64,000 nt of DNA, taken from contig JBLWFJ010000001.1 in NCBI GenBank assembly GCA_048320885.1, positions 1,349,642 through 1,413,641 on the forward strand, in the 5' to 3' direction. Source of the DNA: Nannocystaceae bacterium ST9 (GTDB lineage Bacteria > Myxococcota_A > Polyangia > Nannocystales > Nannocystaceae). Positions 55,809 through 64,000 of this stretch are shown one piece after another (positions within the stretch are counted from its first letter, which is position 1; each line of letters begins with the position of its first letter). The notes under the pieces are model-generated. The model saw only the letters and a program-made list of their open reading frames with translations. It was not told the origin of the DNA and did no database searches. Made by a program: the position numbers and the translations under genes.

Positions 55809-56834
55809 TCAGACGTGCTTGATGATGGCGTCGTAGAGCGTCGAGCCGTACTTGTCGGTGAACAGCTTGTGGGTCGGCTCGGTGGCCTTCTTGAACGCCG
55901 CGGTCTCCGAGGACGTGGACGTGTGCAGCTGGATCCCGAGCGCCGTGAAGTTGTCGAGCAGGCCCTGCTTGAGCGCGCGGACCTTCTTGCGGCCCCACTC
56001 GGACTCGACCTGGATGTCGCCGATCAGCGCGGCCTGGGTGGCGGCGTCGAGCGAGTTCCAGATGTCCTTGTTCATGACCGCGACCGCCGGCTGGTAGCTG
56101 TGCTCGGTCAGCGTGAAGTGGGTGATCGCCTGCGACCACGAGGCGGCGAAGGTGAAGAGCGGGGTGTTGTCGAACCCGTCGACCACGCCGGTCTGCAGGG
56201 CCGGAAGCACCTCGGTGACCGCGATCGGCTGGGGCGAGGCACCCAGCGCGCGCCAGGTGTTGGTGTGCACGTCGCCCTGCTGCGAGCGCATCTTCTTGCC
56301 CTTGAGGTCGGCGGTGCTCTTGACGAACCCGAAGTTGCTGCCGATCGAGCGGTAGCCGTTCTCGGCGAAGAAGAGCAGCACGAAGCCGGCCTTGTCGAGA
56401 ATCTTGATCACATCGGCCTTGATGTGATTGTCGAGGATCTCGTCGGCCTTCTTCTCGCTCGGGAACAGGTAGGGCAGCCCGAACACGGCCAGCTCGGGGA
56501 CGATGCTGGCGAGCGCTTCGAAGGTGCCGGCCCAACCAGCGATCGCGCCCTTGCGGCAGCGGCTCGCGGTCGAGTTCTCGTCACCGAGCGCGCCGCCGAG
56601 GTAGGCCTTGACGCGGACCTTGCCGCCCGTCTCGTCCTTGACCCGCTTCTTGAGCCGATCGACATGCTTCGACCAGGGCGTGTCGGGCGGGGCGACGGTC
56701 GCGAACTTGAGCGTGATCTCGGCGTCTCCGGCATGCGCTCGCGGGCGACCAATGAAAAAGGTCGACACCGCTGCCGCGGTACCGACCATGAAGTTTCGGC
56801 GATTGGTCTCGAGGGGCTTCTTGAAGTCGGTCAT
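55809..56834 (-). CDS. TRAP transporter substrate-binding protein (DctP-type) with Tat signal
   Basis: RRNFMVGTAAAVSTF twin-arginine signal; DctP fold pattern. Confidence 0.8.
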   Translation of the reverse strand: MTDFKKPLETNRRNFMVGTAAAVSTFFIGRPRAHAGDAEITLKFATVAPPDTPWSKHVDRLKKRVKDETGGKVRVKAYLGGALGDENSTASRCRKGAIAGWAGTFEALASIVPELAVFGLPYLFPSEKKADEILDNHIKADVIKILDKAGFVLLFFAENGYRSIGSNFGFVKSTADLKGKKMRSQQGDVHTNTWRALGASPQPIAVTEVLPALQTGVVDGFDNTPLFTFAASWSQAITHFTLTEHSYQPAVAVMNKDIWNSLDAATQAALIGDIQVESEWGRKKVRALKQGLLDNFTALGIQLHTSTSSETAAFKKATEPTHKLFTDKYGSTLYDAIIKHV

Positions 56835-57053
56835 GACAGCAGGCCTTCTGACGGGTGCTTCGAGGTGGTCTTCACACGTGGATCCACTTCATCTCACGTG
56901 AATGTCCGGTCGTACCGGAGGGTGCGTGGCGCAAACCAGAACCCTGGGAGAGCGCTCGATAACGTCGTTTGATGATGATTCGAGGAGCGGTGCGAGTCTG
57001 CGAAGGGCGCTGCGCACCGATTGTTCGTTCAGGCTCGGACACGGCCCGGCGGC

Positions 57054-58016
57054 TCAGAAGAGCTCGTCGTCGACCTTCTTCTTCTGCAGCTCGCGGGCCT
57101 TCACCTGCTCGGACTGCATCTCGGGGAGGATCTCCTCGGGCACGGTCGAGAGATCGGCCGCGAGGACTTCTTCGAGCAGCTTGTCGAACAGCGCCTCGTC
57201 GTCGGCCTTGGTCGCGTAGTTCTCGGCCATCAACACCTTGGTGCCGATGAAGTAGGGCGCGATCTCCAGCGACTTCTCGTAGTGCTCGCGCGACTTGTTG
57301 AGGTCGCCGCCGGCGAAGTCGGGCGCGACCGAATAGAAGGTGCCGAAGTAGCGGTGCGGGCCGCCGTGATAGAAGTTGGGATCGAGCTCGAGCAGGCGAG
57401 TCATCGTCGCCTTGATCTTGTCCTTGTTGCCGACCAGCACGGCGAAGCCCTTGACGCGGGCCCACTTGCCGAGCGCGCTCGCGTACCAGTAGGCCCCGGG
57501 CACCGCCGGCGCCCCGATCGTGACGATCGCCTCTTCGAACTTGGCCTTGTCGCGCATCTTCTCGGCGAACTCGGGCGAAGCCGCGATCACGGCCCGCTCG
57601 CCCCACCAGACCGCGCGATCCATGTAGTCGAGGTAGCCCTCTTCGTCGCCGCGCAGGAAGGCGTCCGCGTAGTAGTAGTTGGCCCGCGTGACCATGGCGA
57701 GCAGATCGATCTGATCGGCCCCGGTCGCGACTTCGGTGCAGCGGACCGAGGGCGCGCTGGTGCCCTCCTTGCAACCCGCGAGCTGCTCGAACGCGGCGAT
57801 GGCCTTCAGCGCGCCGGCCTTGTCGCCGCGGCCCTTCCAGGTCTCCATCGCGCTCTCCAGGCTGGCCGGAGCCGCCGCCGTGTCGCCACCGTCCTTGGTC
57901 GCGTCCGGGGTCTTGGTCGGCTTCTCTTCCCACGCCGACGTGCGGCCCTTGCATGCGCTCGCTCCGAGCGTGAGGGCGAGTGCCAATACCAACCGTTCGA
58001 TCGATCGCGTGCTCAT
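57054..58016 (-). CDS. TRAP T-component (TatT-like) TPR lipoprotein
   Basis: Internal Met MSTRSIERLVLALALTLGASAC lipobox; helical TPR-like body; directly upstream of dctP. Confidence 0.6.
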   Translation of the reverse strand: MSTRSIERLVLALALTLGASACKGRTSAWEEKPTKTPDATKDGGDTAAAPASLESAMETWKGRGDKAGALKAIAAFEQLAGCKEGTSAPSVRCTEVATGADQIDLLAMVTRANYYYADAFLRGDEEGYLDYMDRAVWWGERAVIAASPEFAEKMRDKAKFEEAIVTIGAPAVPGAYWYASALGKWARVKGFAVLVGNKDKIKATMTRLLELDPNFYHGGPHRYFGTFYSVAPDFAGGDLNKSREHYEKSLEIAPYFIGTKVLMAENYATKADDEALFDKLLEEVLAADLSTVPEEILPEMQSEQVKARELQKKKVDDELF

Positions 58017-58132
58017 GGGCGGTACCTGGTAGTTCGATATCCCGGTCGGTGGGTCGGGGTCAACCACGAGCAGCATGAGAGCCATCCTCTCGTCGCGGCC
58101 CGACCGCGTGAGACTCGGATATCCTGACACTC

Positions 58133-59401
58133 GTGCCCGCTCGCGAGGTCACCCGCATCCGCACCGGTTGGCTGGTCGCCTGGGCGGTCGCGGCCGCCTT
58201 CTCGGCGTACTTCTGCATGTACGCGTTCCGCAAGCCCTTCGCGGCCGGGACCTATCCGGGCGAGGTGTTCGAGATCCAGCTCAAGATCGCCTTGGTCGTC
58301 AGCCAGGTGATCGGCTACGCGCTCTCGAAGTTCATCGGCATTCGACTGGTCAGCGAGACCGCTCGCTCGCGGCGTGCGATCACGCTCCTGGGCCTGATCG
58401 CGATCGCCGAGCTGGCCCTGGTCGCGTTCGGCCTGCTGCCGCCCGCCGGCCAGGTGGTCGCGATGTTCTTCAACGGCCTGCCGCTCGGCGCCGTCTGGGG
58501 GCTGGTGTTCGGGTTCCTCGAGGGCCGCAAGACCACCGAGCTGCTCGGAGCCGGCCTCTCGACCGCCTACATCGTGGCGAGCGGCGTCGTGAAGTCGATC
58601 GGTCGCGCGCTGATCGACGCGGGCGTGCCCGAGGTCTGGATGCCGGCGCTGACCGGGGCGCTGTTCTTCCCGCCCTTCCTGCTCGCGGTCTGGGCCCTGA
58701 GTCGACTGCCGCCGCCCAGCTCCGAAGACGTCGCCGCGCGAGTCGAACGCGAGCCGATGGACGGCCCGCAGCGGCGCGCGTTCTTTCGTCGCTTCGCGCC
58801 CGGCCTGATCGCGCTCACGGCCCTGCACGTGTTCGTGACCGCCTACCGAGACTTCCGCGACAACTTCCAGGCCGAGATCTTCGCCGAGCTCGGCCAGCTC
58901 GACGCCGGCGTGTTCGCGCGCAGCGAGGGCGTGGTCGCGATCTGCGTGCTCGGCCTGCTCGCCGCGATCTTCCTGATCCGCGACAACCGACGCGCGCTGC
59001 TGATCCTGCATGGCCTGATGATCGCCGGGCTCGGCTTGATCGCCGTGTCGACCCTGATGATGCGGGCCGGCTGGATCGACGGCCTGACCTGGATGATCCT
59101 CGACGGCATCGGGCTCTACCTGGCCTACGTGCCCTACGGCAGCGTGCTCTTCGATCGCCTGATCGCCGCGACCGGCGTGGTCGGGACCTCGGTGTTCATG
59201 ATCTACGTGAGCGACGCGTTCGGCTACGTCGGCTCGATCAGCGTCACGCTGGTCAAGAATTTCTCCGACGTCGAGCTGAGCTGGCTCGACTTCTTCGTCG
59301 GGTTCTCGTGGGTGACCGTGGCGGTCGGCGTGCTCGGTTTCGTGATCAGCGGGGTCTACTTCGCCAGGATCACCCGCGATGGACCGGCAACGCCTGCGTG
59401 A
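58133..59401 (+). CDS. Integral membrane protein (12-TM, transporter-like; hypothetical)
   Basis: 422 aa, hydrophobic throughout; GTG start. Confidence 0.55.
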   Translation: MPAREVTRIRTGWLVAWAVAAAFSAYFCMYAFRKPFAAGTYPGEVFEIQLKIALVVSQVIGYALSKFIGIRLVSETARSRRAITLLGLIAIAELALVAFGLLPPAGQVVAMFFNGLPLGAVWGLVFGFLEGRKTTELLGAGLSTAYIVASGVVKSIGRALIDAGVPEVWMPALTGALFFPPFLLAVWALSRLPPPSSEDVAARVEREPMDGPQRRAFFRRFAPGLIALTALHVFVTAYRDFRDNFQAEIFAELGQLDAGVFARSEGVVAICVLGLLAAIFLIRDNRRALLILHGLMIAGLGLIAVSTLMMRAGWIDGLTWMILDGIGLYLAYVPYGSVLFDRLIAATGVVGTSVFMIYVSDAFGYVGSISVTLVKNFSDVELSWLDFFVGFSWVTVAVGVLGFVISGVYFARITRDGPATPA

Positions 59402-59455
59402 GCGCGACGCGTACCCGGCAGCTCTTGCGGGCCCACGCCGGTTGCCGAGCCCGGC

Positions 59456-59899
59456 GTGGATCCACATCGTGATGGACTCATGAAGCGCAACGAGCCCGTC
59501 AGCCACATCATGACCCGCGACCTCCAGACCGTCCACGTCGGGCAGAAGCTCAGCGAGGTCCGGCGACTGCTGGCCAACAATCCCTATCATCACGTGCCGG
59601 TCGTGAGCGGCGACAAGCTGATCGGACTGATCAGCTCGACCGACATCGTCCGGTTGAGCCTGGCGATCTTCGGCGTCGACGAGCGAGCCGTCGACGCCAT
59701 GCTCGACAGCCAGCACACGATCGAGAGCGTGATGACCCGCAACCTGACCACGATCGCCGTCAAGGACACGGTCCGGCAGGCGGCCGAGCTGCTCGCCGAG
59801 GGCAAGTATCACTCGCTGCCGGTCGTCGACGAGCAGGGCAAGCTGCTCGGCCTGGTCACCAGCACCGATGTGATCCGCTATCTGCTCGCGCAGTACTGA
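59456..59899 (+). CDS. CBS-domain pair protein
   Basis: Two CBS motifs (VSHIMTRDLQTVHVGQKL..., IESVMTRNLTTIAVKDTV...). Confidence 0.75.
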   Translation: MDPHRDGLMKRNEPVSHIMTRDLQTVHVGQKLSEVRRLLANNPYHHVPVVSGDKLIGLISSTDIVRLSLAIFGVDERAVDAMLDSQHTIESVMTRNLTTIAVKDTVRQAAELLAEGKYHSLPVVDEQGKLLGLVTSTDVIRYLLAQY

Positions 59900-60672
59900 G
59901 ACCGAGCCCGAGACCGAGACCGAGACTGGTCGATTTTCTCCCCACGGCCCGGCGACCGCTGCTTCGAGAGCGGACGCCGGGCCGAGCTGCGCTTGGAACT
60001 CACCGCCGCATCGCCACCCAGCACGCCGAAGCGATCGGGGTGGCTACCGCAATTCCCGAGCATCAATCTCCACGACGACCCCGCAGCCATCCTCGAGTTC
60101 GACAGACCTGCGGGCCGATGGCGTCGAGGCCCGCATTCATTACTTTCGTTCGCGCGCACCTTCGTGTTCGCGAGCGCCGATCTCGGCCGCACCGCACAAT
60201 GCCGATTCGTAGGTGTCGACACGACATCCATGGTTTGGGGGACGCCGAGTAGGCATCGACATGACTCCTGGCAGGTTGTCGGAGTGCGATGTACCGCCCG
60301 GAGCACCTCGAAAGGACTCTTTTGGTACCTCTCCCCATGCGCATGCCACTCACTTCCGCTTGCTACACCTGCATCGGGCTCGGTGGAGCCTCTCGCATCG
60401 TGAGTTCGCGTACACGCACGAGAAAAACGCGACGGCCAAATGGCCGGATGCCCAAAAGGCCAGTGGCATGAGTCATAGCGAAGAATCGCATTTCCGCGCC
60501 GGTCATTTTCAATACACACGGCGCGAGCGCATGCCCGTGTACGTCTGTACAAATCGCGGCAGAGTGGATTTGCGTTTTCAGCGACCCTGCAATTAACGAC
60601 GCATCGCGAATCGCATCATTGCGTGAACCCTCGGCTGCTTGCCACGACACATCCTCGTGGCAGGTTGCAATC

Positions 60673-62028
60673 ATGATCGCACGTTCGACATCGACGATGG
60701 CCTTCGCACTGCTCTTGACCGCCGGTTGTGATGGCGAGCCGATCGACGAGCTCCGCTCGTCGCAAGGCCATCACGGTGGCGGGCACGGCCATGGCGGAGG
60801 CCATGGCGGGCACGGCCACGGCCATCATCACGGCAATCACGGTCATCATCACGGCAATCACGGTCATCATCACGGCAATCATCATGGCCATCATGGCCAT
60901 CATGGCCACTGCACGCAGCTCGACATCGGCGATCTACTCGAGGGTTACGACGAATCGACCAATCCTTATACCGATCCGGCGATGTGGCTCAGCGGCCCCG
61001 ATTCGAGCGACGATTTCGTACTTTCCGTGAACTTGGATACCACGATCGTCCATCCAGACCTCTCGACCGAGGTGATTCATCCCGAGCGGCCCGAGGACCC
61101 CGACCTCGACATCTTCTTCGTCCACCCCACGGTCAACTTGAGCCCGGCGCTCGGCAACGATGATTTGTCCGATCTGGCCAACACCAAGGCGTTCGTGGCC
61201 GAGAGCGTCGCGCGCTTCTCGACGATCGGCCGGGTGATCACGCCGCTCTATCACTCGGCGACCGCCGGGGCGTTCCTGCCTGGAAATCGTGCCGTCCGCG
61301 ACGCTTACTTCGAAATCGCGTACCAGGACGTCGAGGACGCCTTCACCCACTATCTGGCCAATCACTGGAACGGGCGAAAGCTCGTGCTGATGGGGTTCTC
61401 GCAGGGCAGCATCATGACTCGAATGCTGCTCCAGCGCTTCATCGCGGGCCACCCCGACTTGATGAGCCGAGTCGTGGTGGTGATGCCGCTGAGCGGCGAT
61501 TTCCAGGTCGACTCGGTCGACTTCGTGCCGCCCTGCGAGGACGACGATCAGACCGGCTGCTACGTCACCTATCATGCGTTCGTGGACGGATTTGGGCCGA
61601 GCGACACGCCCCCGTCCACGGTCGGGGAATGGGTATGCAGCGACACGGCGGCCTGCACCCCCGTGACCGACGATGGCGTGCTCTCGATGTCCTATTTCTC
61701 GCTTCCGCAGGTCCCGGGCGCGCTGCCGGGCGACGCGCTGGCGGACATCCCGATCGAAATCGACACGCCCTTCATGGCATTCCCCGAGTTCTACGCCGCC
61801 GATTGCGTCGACGAGGGTGGCGAGTACCTCCAGGTCCAGCAAGCGGACCTCGACGACGAGCGCTGGACGCCGATCGACTACACGCACCCCTTCGCGTCGA
61901 ACGCCCCGCCCTTCGGCCTGGGATTGCACATCTTCGACTTCAGCCTGGGCATGGGTGACCTGCTCGAGCTCGTCGAGGACAAGGCCGACGAGCTCGACGA
62001 CGAATCGGCCTTCTGTGTGCTGAAGTAG
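60673..62028 (+). CDS. Lipoprotein with His/Gly-rich metal-binding repeat and DUF3089-like alpha/beta-hydrolase domain
   Basis: MIARSTSTMAFALLLTAGC lipobox; HGGGHGHGGGHGGHGHGHHHGNHGHHHGNHGHHHGNHHGHHGHHGH (24-bp tandem repeats); GFSQGS nucleophile elbow. Confidence 0.65.
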   Translation: MIARSTSTMAFALLLTAGCDGEPIDELRSSQGHHGGGHGHGGGHGGHGHGHHHGNHGHHHGNHGHHHGNHHGHHGHHGHCTQLDIGDLLEGYDESTNPYTDPAMWLSGPDSSDDFVLSVNLDTTIVHPDLSTEVIHPERPEDPDLDIFFVHPTVNLSPALGNDDLSDLANTKAFVAESVARFSTIGRVITPLYHSATAGAFLPGNRAVRDAYFEIAYQDVEDAFTHYLANHWNGRKLVLMGFSQGSIMTRMLLQRFIAGHPDLMSRVVVVMPLSGDFQVDSVDFVPPCEDDDQTGCYVTYHAFVDGFGPSDTPPSTVGEWVCSDTAACTPVTDDGVLSMSYFSLPQVPGALPGDALADIPIEIDTPFMAFPEFYAADCVDEGGEYLQVQQADLDDERWTPIDYTHPFASNAPPFGLGLHIFDFSLGMGDLLELVEDKADELDDESAFCVLK

Positions 62029-62066
62029 CGCGTGCTGAAGTAGCGCGTGCTGAAGTAGCGCCGAAG
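62018..62066. repeat. 15-bp tandem repeat x3 (gtgctgaagtagcgc) spanning the stop codon
   Basis: Direct reading: the C-terminal CVLK* is followed by two further RVLK* copies. Confidence 0.7.
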
Positions 62067-62071
62067 TCCGC

Positions 62072-63544
62072 TCAGCGCGTGCGAATGCAGCGAACCAAGA
62101 GCGCCGGGTCGGCCGCGGGCTCGACCGCCTCCCACTCGGCGGTCTGGGTGTCGACGAAGGTCTGCTCGGCCGCGCCCTCGCTGGTCCAGAAGGGGCCGGG
62201 ACCCGCGAACCACAGGTAGGTCGCGCGGATCTCCGCGAGCGAGGGCAGGCGCCAGCCGGTCTCGCCCTGCTCGGGATCCCCGGGCACGCGCAGCGCCTTG
62301 CAGAACGCCTCGGCCTCGCGGCGATCGACGGCCTCGGCCACGCCGAGGAAGAGCTCGTAGTTGCCGTCCTGGCGGAGCAAGGGCAAGCGGACGGCCGGCT
62401 TGGGCGAGCTCAGGATCGTGTCTTCGCCGGCGAGGTCCTGCGCGCAGCGAAACCCGACCAGCGAGTGCTGGGCGAGCGCCCGCGTCCGCTCGAAGCTCTC
62501 TTTGGGCAGCGTGCTGGCCAGCGTGACGCCGGCCGGGAAGTCGTAGGCGCCGCCGCGCTGACCCGCGCGGCCGCCCTTGATGACGTGGCGCTTGCCGAGC
62601 TCCCCGATCACGCAGGTCGGATCGGCGGCGCGCTCGGGCCCGCACACCAAGGTCCGCAGGTAGGTCTGCTCGGCGCGCGCGAGCGGGCCGTCGGCGGCCC
62701 GGAATTCGCCGCGCAGGTAGACCTTCAAGTTGGCCTCGGGATCGAACTCGTCGGCGACCCACTCCATCGAGTTGCCGCCGAAGCCCTTGAGCCCCCAGTA
62801 GCTGATGTCGAGCGGATCGTAGCCGACCGGGCCGATGGTCTGGCCGATCTCGTCGCGCAGCTCGTTGCCCCACGGGAACGCCCAGGCCTCGGGCCCGCGC
62901 GCGGCGAACTCCCACTCGGCCTCGCTCGGCAGGCGAGCGCCTCGCCACTCGCAGTAGTCGGCGGCCTGCGAGTGCGTCACGCAGGTCTGCGGGAAATTTT
63001 CGAGATCCTGGCGGCCGATCTCGCGATCGGGACGACCGTCGCTGCCGTCGAGGCACTTGGCCTCGCCGCACTCGCCCGCGGCCACGCACTCGGCGTAGGC
63101 GCGCCGGCTGATCTCGAACCCGTCGATCCAGAAGCTCGGCAACGCGTCCTCGCGCAGCGGCTGACCCGACCAGTGGATGTAGGGGAATTCGCGGTTGGCG
63201 TCGGCGTCGTAGCGGACCGGGATGTCGCCGCGCAGGAACGCACCGGCCGGGATCTGGACCATGCCGCCGTAGGGCAGCTTGCGGGTGTTCAACACCACGC
63301 ACGCGCCCTCGGGATCGATCCCGCGACCGCGTCCGCACTCGTCGCTCGGCTCGGCCGGCTTGGTCTCGATCTCGGTCTGCTCGCCGACGTAGGGCGAGCC
63401 GGCCGGGAACGAGTGCGGATGATCGTAGAAGGCCAGCGCGGGATCGTGGCCGCCCTCGGCTTCGCAGCCGAAGGGTACGCAGCCGAACGAGGCGATCGTG
63501 AAGAGGACCAGGGCCCGAGGGGCTCGCGGCGATTGGGTGGTCAT
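62072..63544 (-). CDS. Formylglycine-generating-enzyme (FGE-sulfatase/SUMF1) domain protein
   Basis: YCEWRGARLPSEAEWEFAARG signature; signal-like N-terminus. ATG overlaps the upstream stop (ATGA). Confidence 0.75.
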   Translation of the reverse strand: MTTQSPRAPRALVLFTIASFGCVPFGCEAEGGHDPALAFYDHPHSFPAGSPYVGEQTEIETKPAEPSDECGRGRGIDPEGACVVLNTRKLPYGGMVQIPAGAFLRGDIPVRYDADANREFPYIHWSGQPLREDALPSFWIDGFEISRRAYAECVAAGECGEAKCLDGSDGRPDREIGRQDLENFPQTCVTHSQAADYCEWRGARLPSEAEWEFAARGPEAWAFPWGNELRDEIGQTIGPVGYDPLDISYWGLKGFGGNSMEWVADEFDPEANLKVYLRGEFRAADGPLARAEQTYLRTLVCGPERAADPTCVIGELGKRHVIKGGRAGQRGGAYDFPAGVTLASTLPKESFERTRALAQHSLVGFRCAQDLAGEDTILSSPKPAVRLPLLRQDGNYELFLGVAEAVDRREAEAFCKALRVPGDPEQGETGWRLPSLAEIRATYLWFAGPGPFWTSEGAAEQTFVDTQTAEWEAVEPAADPALLVRCIRTR

Positions 63545-64000
63545 GACTCGAAGCGGCGCAGCAGCTCGGCCGAGGGCCGAGGTCCCGCGAGCGAGAAGCT
63601 GACCATGCCGACCACGTTCACGACAAGCCCGATCAGCCCGATCTCCAGCTCGAGCGGGTTGAGCGTGGCCGCGAGCGTCGGCGCGATGCGCTGAACCAGG
63701 AAGAGCGCGACGATCGTGACCAAGCCCGCGCCGAGCCCGACCTCCGCGCCAACTCGGTTGGCACGCTTCCAGTAGAGCCCGAAGAGCACGATCGGCAGGA
63801 ACTGGATCGGCACCGCGTAGGCCAGCAGCAGCAGATCGACGATCGAGGTCCCGCCCGCGGCCTCGAGCACGACGAACGCGACCAGCAGCAGCGCGACGAT
63901 CGTCACGCGGATCGCCCGAGTCTGGCCGGCGTCGTCCTGGCGCAGCGACGCGCTCGGCGTGGGCGGTCGCGGCAGCACCCGCGAGCGTCGCAGCGCGCGG
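63541..64000 (-). CDS. Sodium:solute symporter family transporter, C-terminal part (5' end beyond window)
   Basis: Frame is open to the window edge; PIQFLPIVLFGLYWKRAN is typical of the SSF C-terminal region. Confidence 0.55.
   Translation of the reverse strand, partial: RALRRSRVLPRPPTPSASLRQDDAGQTRAIRVTIVALLLVAFVVLEAAGGTSIVDLLLLAYAVPIQFLPIVLFGLYWKRANRVGAEVGLGAGLVTIVALFLVQRIAPTLAATLNPLELEIGLIGLVVNVVGMVSFSLAGPRPSAELLRRFES

Noticed and set aside
1-64000. CRISPR arrays, tRNA/rRNA genes, transposases, integrases and phage genes
   Set aside because: I scanned both strands for direct-repeat/spacer periodicity, rRNA-like conserved blocks and IS/integrase protein signatures and found none. The only repeats are the ones listed above.

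Overview
High-GC (~70%) bacterial chromosomal window with many real genes and many spurious Arg/Ala-rich antisense ORFs in the six-frame track. Gene content points to Myxococcota: MYXO-CTERM-like tails, a CYP51 homolog, DUF2330, HTTM, a TPAT-type TRAP transporter and several sigma-54 activators; this phylum assignment is an inference. I found no rRNA, tRNA, CRISPR array, transposase or integrase.

Main blocks, in order:
- A TPR / S-D-T-repeat lipoprotein / DUF2332 operon on the minus strand, with a divergent PLP aminotransferase.
- A nested palindromic element of about 500 bp with 8 x 21-bp tandem repeats, in the convergent gap before an outer-membrane barrel gene.
- A rhodanese-DoxX/MauE pair, convergent with a five-gene minus-strand operon: two small paralogous secreted acidic proteins, an 874-aa protein of CarboxypepD_reg-type repeats, a DUF5819-like protein and an HTTM (vitamin-K-carboxylase-like) membrane protein.
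- Acyl-CoA dehydrogenase and a metallophosphoesterase.
- Two tandem DUF2330 paralogs.
- An SspB-like protein, a small membrane protein and a TauE exporter.
- A rearranged kdp locus: HK(KdpD-TM)-kdpE-sORF-kdpF-kdpA-kdpB-kdpC-kdpD(N+Usp only)-PAS HK, followed by an FHA sigma-54 activator.
- A ~750-bp segmental duplication leaving gene remnants.
- A coupled YkgJ-like/PtsN/PtsN/NtrC-like operon.
- Lipoproteins, a bacterial SET-domain protein, two MBL hydrolases, an Rdx/SelW-like CxxC protein and an alpha/beta hydrolase.
- A hypothetical protein plus a GT-like protein.
- A LysM-M74 peptidase / RCC1 / CYP51 string, followed by two tandem 17-aa sORFs each with a hairpin.
- Bpt plus an RPH-like PEP enzyme.
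- A TatT-DctP-DctQ-DctM TRAP operon.
- A membrane protein, a CBS protein, a His-rich DUF3089 lipoprotein, FGE-sulfatase and a partial SSF transporter.

A recurring feature is ATGA/GTGA stop-start overlap at 16 gene junctions.
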